Source of the DNA: Auanema rhodensis
Taxonomy: Eukaryota; Animalia; Nematoda
DNA: 64,000 bases
Direction: 5' to 3'
NCBI GenBank assembly: GCA_964057225.1
Contig: OZ059900.1
Location: 21,824,001-21,888,000, forward strand
The notes under the pieces are model-generated. The model had not been told where the DNA came from and did no database searches. It saw only the letters and a program-made list of their open reading frames with translations. Made by a program: the position numbers and the translations under genes. This document shows, piece after piece, positions 1 through 12,200 of this stretch (position 1 is the first letter of the stretch; every line of letters begins with the position of its first letter).

Positions 1-227
1 AAAATCGATTTAATCAATATTAGCCATAAAGGGCGTGCTCTCAGAATATGCTAAATTCCTTAATTTTCTAACCCCTGTTTTTTTGTCGTGAAAGTGGAAC
101 TAGACGTTGTACGAACAATTTTGAGCTAGGTTTCATTGACATTGCATGAGTTTGAACACATGAAATCGTAAGTCAAAACCTTGTTTACAGCGAAATTTCC
201 AAAAACTGGTTTTCCAGCATAATAAAA

Positions 228-245
228 TATTTCTCATGGGAAATA
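228..245. other. 18-bp quasi-palindrome TATTTCTCATGGGAAATA, once per monomer (m228-245)
   Basis: Self-complementary except for the T234/G239 pair. The m239A variant makes it perfect, e.g. 1596-1613 TATTTCTCATGAGAAATA. Confidence 0.85.
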
Positions 246-312
246 CTGTGTTTTTGTATTTTTCTAGCGTTCAGCATGTAAAATGCTTCATTTTAGTATG
301 TGACACGCTGAA

Positions 313-329
313 ATTCGTTGCATTTGACG
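313..329 (+). other. Partial CENP-B-box-like 17-mer ATTCGTTGCATT(T/C)GACG, once per monomer
   Basis: Compared with the canonical YTTCGTTGGAARCGGGA (core nTTCGnnnnAnnCGGGn), TTCGTTG and the A are in register. It matches 6/9 core bases in the consensus and 7/9 in the m325C variant. It is not a complete box. Confidence 0.3.
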
Positions 330-608
330 ACTCATATGAACAAAAATCGATTTAATCAATATTAGCCATAAGGGGCGTGCCCTCAGAATATGCTAATTTC
401 CTTAATTTTCTAACCCCTGTTTTTTTGTCGTGAAAGTGGAACTAGACGTTGTACGAACAATTTTGAGCTAGGTTTCATTGACATTGCATGAGTTTGAACA
501 CATGAAATCGTAAGTCAAAACCTTGTTTACAGCGAAATTTCCAAAAACTGGTTTTCCAGCATAATAAAATATTTCTCATGGGAAATACTGTGTTTTTGTA
601 TTTTACTA

Positions 609-648
609 GTGTTCAGCATGTAAAATGCTTCATTTTAGTATGTAACAC
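609..648. other. Nested imperfect inverted repeat of ~40 bp per monomer (m267-306), shown in copy 2
   Basis: A perfect core TAAAATG-CTT-CATTTTA (m279-295) is flanked by CAT/ATG and GTGTT/AACAC. An alternative stem AGCAT-GTAAA-ATGCT lies at m273-287. Confidence 0.7.
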
Positions 649-2737
649 GCTGAAATTCGTTGCATTTGACGACTCATATGAACAAAAATCGATTTAATCA
701 ATATTAGCCATAAGGGGCGTGCCCTCAGAATATGCTAATTTCCTTAATTTTCTAACCCCTGTTTTTTTGTCGTGAAAGTGGAACTAGACGTTGTACGAAC
801 AATTTTGAGCTAGGTTTCATTGACATTGCATGAGTTTGAACACATGAAATCGTAAGTCAAAACCTTGTTTACAGCGAAATTTCCAAAAACTGGTTTTCCA
901 GCATAATAAAATATTTCTCATGGGAAATACTGTGTTTTCGTATTTTTCTAGTGTTCAGCATGTAAAATGCTTCATTTTAGTATGTAACACGCTGAAATTC
1001 GTTGCATTTGACGACTCATATGAACAAAAATCGATTTAATCAATATTAGCCATAAGGGGCGTGCCCTCAGAATATGCTAATTTCCTTAATTTTCTAACCC
1101 CTGTTTTTTTGTCGTGAAAGTGGAACTAGACGTTGTACGAACAATTTTGAGCTAGGTTTCATTGACATTGCATGAGTTTGAACACATGAAATCGTAAGTC
1201 AAAACCTTGTTTACAGCGAAATTTCCAAAAACTGGTTTTCCAGCATAATAAAATATTTCTCATGGGAAATACTGTGTTTTTGTATTTTTCTAGTGTTCAG
1301 CATGTAAAATGCTTCATTTTAGTATGTAACACGCTGAAATTCGTTGCATTCGACGACTCATATGAACAAAAATCGATTTAATCAATATTAGCCATAAGGG
1401 GCGTGCCCTCAGAATATGCTAATTTCCTTAATTTTCTAACCCCTGTTTTTTTGTCGTGAAAGTGGAACTACACGTTGTACGAACAATTTTGAGCTAGGTT
1501 TCATTGACATTGCATGAGTTTGAACACATGAAATCGTAAGTCAAAACCTTGTTTACAGCGAAATTTCCAAAAACTGGTTTTCCAGCATAATAAAATATTT
1601 CTCATGAGAAATACTGTGTTTTCGTATTTTTCTAGTGTTCAGCATGTAAAATGCTTCATTTTAGTATGTAACACGCTGAAATTCGTTGCATTTGACGACT
1701 CATATGAACAAAAATCGATTTAATCAATATTAGCCATAAGGGGCGTGCCCTCAGAATATGCTAATTTCCTTAATTTTCTAACCCCTGTTTTTTTGTCGTG
1801 AAAGTGGAACTAGACGTTGTACGAACAATTTTGAGCTAGGTTTCATTGACATTGCATGAGTTTGAACACATGAAATCGTAAGTCAAAACCTTGTTTACAG
1901 CGAAATTTCCAAAAACTGGTTTTCCAGCATAATAAAATATTTCTCATGGGAAATACTGTGTTTTTGTATTTTACTAGTGTTCAGCATGTAAAATGCTTCA
2001 TTTTAGTATGTAACACGCTGAAATTCGTTGCATTTGACGACTCATATGAACAAAAATCGATTTAATCAATATTAGCCATAAAGGGCGTGCCCTCAGAATA
2101 TGCTAATTTCCTTCATTTTCTAACCCCTGTTTTTTTGTCGTGAAAGTGGAACTAGACGTTGTACGAACAATTTTGAGCTAGGTTTCATTGACATTGCATG
2201 AGTTTGAACACATGAAATCGTAAGTCAAAACCTTGTTTACAGCGAAATTTCCAAAAACTGGTTTTCCAGCATAATAAAATATTTCTCATGGGAAATACTG
2301 TGTTTTTGTATTTTTCTAGTGTTCAGCATGTAAAATGCTTCATTTTAGTATGTAACACGCTGAAATTCGTTGCATTTGACGACTCATATGAACAAAAATC
2401 GATTTAATCAATATTAGCCATAAGGGGCGTGCCCTCAGAATATGCTAATTTCCTTAATTTTCTAACCCCTGTTTTTTTTGTCGTGAAAGTGGAACTAGAC
2501 GTTGTACGAATAATTTTGAGCTAGGTTTCATTGACATTGCATGAGTTTGAACACATGAAATCGTAAGTCAAAACCTTGTTTACAGCGAAATTTCCAAAAA
2601 CTGGTTTTCCAGCATAATAAAATATTTCTCATGGGAAATACTGTGTTTTTGTATTTTACTAGTGTTCAGCATGTAAAATGCTTCATTTTAGTATGTAACA
2701 CGCTGAAATTCGTTGCATTTGACGACTCATATGAACA

Positions 2738-3079
2738 AAAATCGATTTAATCAATATTAGCCATAAGGGGCGTGCCCTCAGAATATGCTAATTTCCTTAA
2801 TTTTCTAACCCCTGTTTTTTTGTCGTGAAAGTGGAACTAGACGTTGTACGAACAATTTTGAGCTAGGTTTCATTGACATTGCATGAGTTTGAACACATGA
2901 AATCGTAAGTCAAAACCTTGTTTACAGCGAAATTTCCAAAAACTGGTTTTCCAGCATAATAAAATATTTCTCATGGGAAATACTGTGTTTTTGTATTTTT
3001 CTAGTGTTCAGCATGTAAAATGCTTCATTTTAGTATGTAACACGCTGAAATTCGTTGCATTTGACGACTCATATGAACA
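2738..3079 (+). repeat. Representative consensus-type monomer (copy 9), 342 bp, ~34% GC
   Basis: This copy matches the majority base at every position read. Hand count is 57 C and 59 G in 342 bp. It has one ClaI site (ATCGAT, m4-9) and one NdeI site (CATATG, m333-338), so either enzyme should give a 342-bp ladder. Confidence 0.95.
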
Positions 3080-6000
3080 AAAATCGATTTAATCAATATT
3101 AGCCATAAGGGGCGTGCCCTCAGAATATGCTAATTTCCTTAATTTTCTAACCTCTGTTTTTTTGTCGTGAAAGTGGAACTAAACGTTGTACGAACAATTT
3201 TGAGCTAGGTTTCATTGACATTGCATGAGTTTGAACACATGAAATCGTAAGTCAAAACCTTGTTTACAGCGAAATTTCCAAAAACTGGTTTTCCAGCATA
3301 ATAAAATATTTCTCATGGGAAATACTGTGTTTTTGTATTTTTCTAGTGTTCAGCATGTAAAATGCTTCATATTAGTATGTAACACGCTGAAATTCGTTGC
3401 ATTTGACGACTCATATGAACAAAAATCGATTTAATCAATATTAGCCATAAGGGGCGTGCCCTCAGAATATGCTAATTTCCTTAATTTTCTAACCCCTGTT
3501 TTTTTGTCGTGAAAGTGGAACTAGACGTTGTACGAACAATTTTGAGCTAGGTTTCATTGACATTGCATGAGTTTGAACACATGAAATCGTAAGTCAAAAC
3601 CTTGTTTACAGCGAAATTTCCAAAAACTGGTTTTCCAGCATAATAAAATATTTCTCATGGGAAATACTGTGTTTTTGTATTTTACTAGTGTTCAGCATGT
3701 AAAATGCTTCATTTTAGTATGTAACACGCTGAAATTCGTTGCATTTGACGACTCATATGAACAAAAATCGATTTAATCAATATTAGCCATAAGGGGCGTG
3801 CCCTCAGAATATGCTAATTTCCTTAATTTTCTAACCCCTGTTTTTTTGTCGTGAAAGTGGAACTAGACGTTGTACGAACAATTTTGAGCTAAGTTTCATT
3901 GACATTGCATGAGTTTGAACACATGAAATCGTAAGTCAAAACCTTGTTTACAGCGAAATTTCCAAAAACTGGTTTTCCAGCATAATAAAATATTTCTCAT
4001 GGGAAATACTGTGTTTTTGTTTTTTTCTAGTGTTCAGCATGTAAAATGCTTCATTTTAGTATGTAACACGCTGAAATTCGTTGCATTTGACGAATCATAT
4101 GAACAAAAATCGATTTAATCAATATTAGCCATAAGGGGCGTGCCCTCAGAATATGCTAATTTCCTTAATTTTCTAACCCCTGTTTTTTTGTCGTGAAAGT
4201 GGAACTAGACGTTGTACGAACAATTTTGAGCTAGGTTTCATTGACATTGCATGAGTTTGAACACATGAAATCGTAAGTCAAAACCTTGTTTACAGCGAAA
4301 TTTCCAAAAACTGGTTTTCCAGCATAATAAAATATTTCTCATGGGAAATACTGTGTTTTTGTATTTTACTAGTGTTCAGCATGTAAAATGCTTCATTTTA
4401 GTATGTAACACGCTGAAATTCGTTGCATTTGACGACTCATATGAACAAAAATCGATTTAATCAATATTAGCCATAAGGGGCGTGCCCTCAGAATATGCTA
4501 ATTTCCTTAATTTTCTAACCCCTGTTTTTTTGTCGTGAAAGTGGAACTAAACGTTGTACGAACAATTTTGAGCTAGGTTTCATTGACATTGCATGAGTTT
4601 GAACACATGAAATCGTAAGTCAAAACCTTGTTTACAGCGAAATTTCCAAAAACTGGTTTTCCAGCATAATAAAATATTTCTCATGAGAAATACTGTGTTT
4701 TTGTATTTTTCTAGTGTTCAGCATGTAAAATGCTTCATTTTAGTATGTAACACGCTGAAATTCGTTGCATTTGACGACTCATATGAACAAAAATCGATTT
4801 AATCAATATTAGCCATAAGGGGCGTGCCCTCAGAATATGCTAATTTCCTTAATTTTCTAACCCCTGTTTTTTTGTCGTGAAAGTGGAACTAGACGTTGTA
4901 CGAACAATTTTGAGCTAGGTTTCATTGACATTGCATGAGTTTGAACACATGAAATCGTAAGTCAAAACCTTGTTTACAGCGAAATTTCCAAAAACTGGTT
5001 TTCCAGCATAATAAAATATTTCTCATGGGAAATACTGTGTTTTTGTATTTTTCTAGTGTTCAGCATGTAAAATGCTTCATTTTAGTATGTAACACGCTGA
5101 AATTCGTTGCATTTGACGACTCATATGAACAAAAATCGATTTAATCAATATTAGCCATAAGGGGCGTGCCCTCAGAATATGCTAATTTCCTTAATTTTCT
5201 AACCCCTGTTTTTTTGTCGTGAAAGTGGAACTAGACGTTGTACGAACAATTTTGAGCTAGGTTTCATTGACATTGCATGAGTTTGAACACATGAAATCGT
5301 AAGTCAAAACCTTGTTTACAGCGAAATTTCCAAAAACTGGTTTTCCAGCATAATAAAATATTTCTCATGGGAAATACTGTGTTTTTGTATTTTTCTAGTG
5401 TTCAGCATGTAAAATGCTTCATTTTAGTATGTAACACGCTGAAATTCGTTGCATTCGACGACTCATATGAACAAAAATCGATTTAATCAATATTAGCCAT
5501 AAGGGGCGTGCCCTCAGAATATGCTAATTTCCTTAATTTTCTAACCCCTGTTTTTTTGTCGTGAAAGTGGAACTACACGTTGTACGAACAATTTTGAGCT
5601 AGGTTTCATTGACATTGCATGAGTTTGAACACATGAAATCGTAAGTCAAAACCTTGTTTACAGCGAAATTTCCAAAAACTGGTTTTCCAGCATAATAAAA
5701 TATTTCTCATGGGAAATACTGTGTTTTCGTAATTTTCTAGTGTTCAGCATGTAAAATGCTTCATTTTAGTATGTAACACGCTGAAATTCGTTGCATTTGA
5801 CGAATCATATGAACAAAAATCGATTTAATCAATATTAGCCATAAGGGGCGTGCCCTCAGAATATGCTAATTTCCTTAATTTTCTAACCCCTGTTTTTTTG
5901 TCGTGAAAGTGGAACTAGACGTTGTACGAACAATTTTGAGCTAGGTTTCATTGACATTGCATGAGTTTGAACACATGAAATCGTAAGTCAAAACCTTGTT

Positions 6001-9000
6001 TACAGCGAAATTTCCAAAAACTGGTTTTCCAGCATAATAAAATATTTCTCATGGGAAATACTGTGTTTTTGTATTTTACTAGTGTTCAGCATGTAAAATG
6101 CTTCATTTTAGTATGTAACACGCTGAAATTCGTTGCATTTGACGACTCATATGAACAAAAATCGATTTAATCAATATTAGCCATAAGGGGCGTGCCCTCA
6201 GAATATGCTAATTTCCTTAATTTTCTAACCCCTGTTTTTTTGTCGTGAAAGTGGAACTAGACGTTGTACGAACAATTTTGAGCTAGGTTTCATTGACATT
6301 GCATGAGTTTGAACACATGAAATCGTAAGTCAAAACCTTGTTTACAGCGAAATTTCCAAAAACTGGTTTTCCAGCATAATAAAATATTTCTCATGGGAAA
6401 TACTGTGTTTTTGTATTTTTCTAGTGTTCAGCATGTAAAATGCTTCATTTTAGTATGTAACACGCTGAAATTCGTTGCATTTGACGACTCATATGAACAA
6501 AAATCGATTTAATCAATATTAGCCATAAGGGGCGTGCCCTCAGAATATGCTAATTTCCTTAATTTTCTAACCCCTGTTTTTTTGTCGTGAAAGTGGAACT
6601 AGACGTTGTACGAACAATTTTGAGCTAGGTTTCATTGACATTGCATGAGTTTGAACACATGAAATCGTAAGTCAAAACCTTGTTTACAGCGAAATTTCCA
6701 AAAACTGGTTTTCCAGCATAATAAAATATTTCTCATGGGAAATACTGTGTTTTTGTATTTTTCTAGTGTTCAGCATGTAAAATGCTTCATTTTAGTATGT
6801 AACACGCTGAAATTCGTTGCATTCGACGACTCATATGAACAAAAATCGATTTAATCAATATTAGCCATAAGGGGCGTGCCCTCAGAATATGCTAATTTCC
6901 TTAATTTTCTAACCCCTGTTTTTTTGTCGTGAAAGTGGAACTACACGTTGTACGAACAATTTTGAGCTAGGTTTCATTGACATTGCATGAGTTTGAACAC
7001 ATGAAATCGTAAGTCAAAACCTTGTTTACAGCGAAATTTCCAAAAACTGGTTTTCCAGCATAATAAAATATTTCTCATGGGAAATACTGTGTTTTCGTAT
7101 TTTTCTAGTGTTCAGCATGTAAAATGCTTCATTTTAGTATGTAACACGCTGAAATTCGTTGCATTTGACGACTCATATGAACAAAAATCGATTTAATCAA
7201 TATTAGCCATAAGGGGCGTGCCCTCAGAATATGCTAATTTCCTTAATTTTCTAACCCCTGTTTTTTTGTCGTGAAAGTGGAACTAGACGTTGTACGAACA
7301 ATTTTGAGCTAGGTTTCATTGACATTGCATGAGTTTGAACACATGAAATCGTAAGTCAAAACCTTGTTTACAGCGAAATTTCCAAAAACTGGTTTTCCAG
7401 CATAATAAAATATTTCTCATGGGAAATACTGTGTTTTTGTATTTTTCTAGTGTTCAGCATGTAAAATGCTTCATTTTAGTATGTAACACGCTGAAATTCG
7501 TTGCATTCGACGACTCATATGAACAAAAATCGATTTAATCAATATTAGCCATAAGGGGCGTGCCCTCAGAATATGCTAATTTCCTTAATTTTCTAACCCC
7601 TGTTTTTTTGTCGTGAAAGTGGAACTACACGTTGTACGAACAATTTTGAGCTAGGTTTCATTGACATTGCATGAGTTTGAACACATGAAATCGTAAGTCA
7701 AAACCTTGTTTACAGCGAAATTTCCAAAAACTGGTTTTCCAGCATAATAAAATATTTCTCATGAGAAATACTGTGTTTTCGTATTTTTCTAGTGTTCAGC
7801 ATGTAAAATGCTTCATTTTAGTATGTAACACGCTGAAATTCGTTGCATTTGACGACTCATATGAACAAAAATCGATTTAATCAATATTAGCCATAAGGGG
7901 CGTGCCCTCAGAATATGCTAATTTCCTTAATTTTCTAACCCCTGTTTTTTTGTCGTGAAAGTGGAACTAGACGTTGTACGAACAATTTTGAGCTAGGTTT
8001 CATTGACATTGCATGAGTTTGAACACATGAAATCGTAAGTCAAAACCTTGTTTACAGCGAAATTTCCAAAAACTGGTTTTCCAGCATAATAAAATATTTC
8101 TCATGGGAAATACTGTGTTTTTGTATTTTACTAGTGTTCAGCATGTAAAATGCTTCATTTTAGTATGTAACACGCTGAAATTCGTTGCATTTGACGACTC
8201 ATATGAACAAAAATCGATTTAATCAATATTAGCCATAAGGGGCGTGCCCTCAGAATATGCTAATTTCCTTCATTTTCTAACCCCTGTTTTTTTGTCGTGA
8301 AAGTGGAACTAGACGTTGTACGAACAATTTTGAGCTAGGTTTCATTGACATTGCATGAGTTTGAACACATGAAATCGTAAGTCAAAACCTTGTTTACAGC
8401 GAAATTTCCAAAAACTGGTTTTCCAGCATAATAAAATATTTCTCATGGGAAATACTGTGTTTTTGTATTTTTCTAGTGTTCAGCATGTAAAATGCTTCAT
8501 TTTAGTATGTAACACGCTGAAATTCGTTGCATTTGACGACTCATATGAACAAAAATCGATTTAATCAATATTAGCCATAAGGGGCGTGCCCTCAGAATAT
8601 GCTAATTTCCTTAATTTTCTAACCCCTGTTTTTTTTGTCGTGAAAGTGGAACTAGACGTTGTACGAATAATTTTGAGCTAGGTTTCATTGACATTGCATG
8701 AGTTTGAACACATGAAATCGTAAGTCAAAACCTTGTTTACAGCGAAATTTCCAAAAACTGGTTTTCCAGCATAATAAAATATTTCTCATGGGAAATACTG
8801 TGTTTTTGTATTTTTCTAGTGTTCAGCATGTAAAATGCTTCATTTTAGTATGTAACACGCTGAAATTCGTTGCATTCGACGACTCATATGAACAAAAATC
8901 GATTTAATCAATATTAGCCATAAGGGGCGTGCCCTCAGAATATGCTAATTTCCTTAATTTTCTAACCCCTGTTTTTTTGTCGTGAAAGTGGAACTACACG

Positions 9001-9236
9001 TTGTACGAACAATTTTGAGCTAGGTTTCATTGACATTGCATGAGTTTGAACACATGAAATCGTAAGTCAAAACCTTGTTTACAGCGAAATTTCCAAAAAC
9101 TGGTTTTCCAGCATAATAAAATATTTCTCATGGGAAATACTGTGTTTTCGTATTTTTCTAGTGTTCAGCATGTAAAATGCTTCATTTTAGTATGTAACAC
9201 GCTGAAATTCGTTGCATTTGACGACTCATATGAACA

Positions 9237-12200
9237 AAAATCGATTTAATCAATATTAGCCATAAGGGGCGTGCCCTCAGAATATGCTAATTTCCTTAAT
9301 TTTCTAACCCCTGTTTTTTTGTCGTGAAAGTGGAACTAGACGTTGTACGAACAATTTTGAGCTAGGTTTCATTGACATTGCATGAGTTTGAACACATGAA
9401 ATCGTAAGTCAAAACCTTGTTTACAGCGAAATTTCCAAAAACTGGTTTTCCAGCATAATAAAATATTTCTCATGAGAAATACTGTGTTTTTGTATTTTTC
9501 TAGTGTTCAGCATGTAAAATGCTTCATTTTAGTATGTAACACGCTGAAATTCGTTGCATTTGACGACTCATATGAACAAAAATCGATTTAATCAATATTA
9601 GCCATAAGGGGCGTGCCCTCAGAATATGCTAATTTCCTTAATTTTCTAACCCCTGTTTTTTTGTCGTGAAAGTGGAACTAGACGTTGTACAAACAATTTT
9701 GAGCTAGGTTTCATAGACATTGCATGAGTTTGAACACATGAAATCGTAAGTCAAAACCTTGTTTACAGAGAAATTTCCAAAAACTGGTTTTCCAGCATAA
9801 TAAAATATTTCTCATGAGAAATACTGTGTTTTTGTATTTTTCTAGTGTTCAGCATGTAAAATGCTTCATTTTAGTATGTAACACGCTGAAATTCGTTGCA
9901 TTTGACGACTCATATGAACAAAAATCGATTTAATCAATATTAGCCATAAGGGGCGTGCCCTCAGAATATGCTAATTTCCTTAATTTTCTAACCCCTGTTT
10001 TTTTGTCGTGAAAGTGGAACTAGACGTTGTACGAACATTTTTGAGCTAGGTTTCATTGACATTGCATGAGTTTGAACACATGAAATCGTAAGTCAAAACC
10101 TTGTTTACAGCGAAATTTCCAAAAACTGGTTTTCCAGCATAATAAAATATTTCTCATGGGAAATACTGTGTTTTTGTATTTCTCTAGTGTTCAGCATGTA
10201 AAATGCTTCATTTTAGTATGTAACACGCTGAAATTCGTTGCATTTGACGACTCATATGAACAAAAATCGATTTAATCAATATTAGCCATAAGGGGCGTGC
10301 CCTCAGAATATGCTAATTTCCTTAATTTTCTAACCCCTGTTTTTTTGTCGTGAAAGTGGAACTAGACGTTGTACGAACAATTTTGAGCTACGTTTCATTG
10401 ACATTGCATGAGTTTGAACACATGAAATCGTAAGTCAAAACCTTGTTTACAGCGAAATTTCCAAAAACTGGTTTTCCAGCATAATAAAATATTTCTCATG
10501 GGAAATACTGTGTTTTTGTATTTTTCTAGTGTTCAGCATGTAAAATGCTTCATATTAGTATGTAACACGCTGAAATTCGTTGCATTTGACGACTCATATG
10601 AACAAAAATCGATTTAATCAATATTAGCCATAAGGGGCGTGCCCTCAGAATATGCTAATTTCCTTAATTTTCTAGCCCCTGTTTTTTTGTCGTGAAAGTG
10701 GAACTAGACGTTGTACGAACAATTTTGAGCTAAGTTTCATTGACATTGCATGAGTTTGAACACATGAAATCGTAAGTCAAAACCTTGTTTACAGCGAAAT
10801 TTCCAAAAACTGGTTTTCCAGCATAATAAAATATTTCTCATGGGAAATACTGTGTTTTTGTATTTTTCTAGTGTTCAGCATGTAAAATGCTTCATTTTAG
10901 TATGTAACACGCTGAAATTCGTTGCATTCGACGACTCATATGAACAAAAATCGATTTAATCAATATTAGCCATAAGGGGCGTGCCCTCAGAATATGCTAA
11001 TTTCCTTAATTTTCTAACCCCTGTTTTTTTGTCGTGAAAGTGGAACTAGACGTTGTACGAACAATTTTGAGCTAGGTTTCATTGACATTGCATGAGTTTG
11101 AACACATGAAATCGTAAGTCAAAACCTTGTTTACAGCGAAATTTCCAAAAACTGGTTTTCCAGCATAATAAAATATTTCTCATGGGAAATACTGTGTTTT
11201 TGTATTTTTCTAGTGTTCAGCATGTAAAATGCTTCATTTTAGTATGTAACACGCTGAAATTCGTTGCATTTGACGACTCATATGAACAAAAATCGATTTA
11301 ATCAATATTAGCCATAAGGGGTGTGCCCTCAGAATATGCTAATTTCCTTAATTTTCTAACCCCTGTTTTTTTGTCGTGAAAGTGGAACTAGACGTTGTAC
11401 GAACAATTTTGAGCTAGGTTTCATTGACATTGCATGAGTTTGAACACATGAAATCGTAAGTCAAAACCTTGTTTACAGCGAAATTTCCAAAAACTGGTTT
11501 TCCAGCATAATAAAATATTTCTCATGGGAAATACTGTGTTTTTGTATTTTTCTAGTGTTCAGCATGTAAAATGCTTCATTTTAGTATGTAACACGCTGAA
11601 ATTCGTTGCATTCGACGACTCATATGAACAAAAATCGATTTAATCAATATTAGCCATAAGGGGCGTGCCCTCAGAATATGCTAATTTCCTTAATTTTCTA
11701 ACCCTTGTTTTTTTGTCGTGAAAGTGGAACTAGACGTTGTACGAACAATTTTGAGCTAGGTTTCATTGACATTGCATGAGTTTGAACACATGAAATCGTA
11801 AGTCAAAACCTTGTTTACAGCGAAATTTCCAAAAACTGGTTTTCCAGCATAATAAAATATTTCTCATGGGAAATACTGTGTTTTTGTATTTTTCTAGTGT
11901 TCAGCATGTAAAATGCTTCATTTTAGTATGTAACACGCTGAAATTCGTTGCATTTGACGACTCATATGAACAAAAATCGATTTAATCAATATTAGCCATA
12001 AGGGGCGTGCCCTCAGAATATGCTAATTTCCTTAATTTTCTAACCCCTGTTTTTTTGTCGTGAAAGTGGAACTAGACGTTGTACGAACAATTTTGAGCTA
12101 GGTTTCATTGACATTGCATGAGTTTGAACACATGAAATCGTAAGTCAAAACCTTGTTTACAGCGAAATTTCCAAAAACTGGTTTTCCAGCATAATAAAAT

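Noticed and set aside
68-76. Telomere-like CTAACCCCT
   Set aside because: It is a single, non-tandem occurrence per monomer, which is expected by chance.
31-84. Intrinsic terminator (GC dyad plus T run)
   Set aside because: The dyad is only 4 bp with a 2-nt centre, lies ~38 bp from the T run, and has no upstream gene.
221-226. AATAAA polyadenylation signal
   Set aside because: This hexamer is common in 66% AT DNA and has no transcription-unit context here.
1-342. Primate alpha-satellite dimer (2x171 bp)
   Set aside because: Only the length and a partial CENP-B-like motif agree. I recognise no alphoid consensus sequence in the monomer.
1-342. Tandem 5S rRNA, tRNA, snRNA or spliced-leader gene unit
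   Set aside because: I found no recognisable 5S, cloverleaf, A/B-box or SL sequence, and the T7 run alone is insufficient. An Rfam cmscan would settle this.
1-342. Assignment to a named ~340-bp beetle or other invertebrate satellite
   Set aside because: The similarity is only in length and AT content. I cannot verify sequence identity without a database search.
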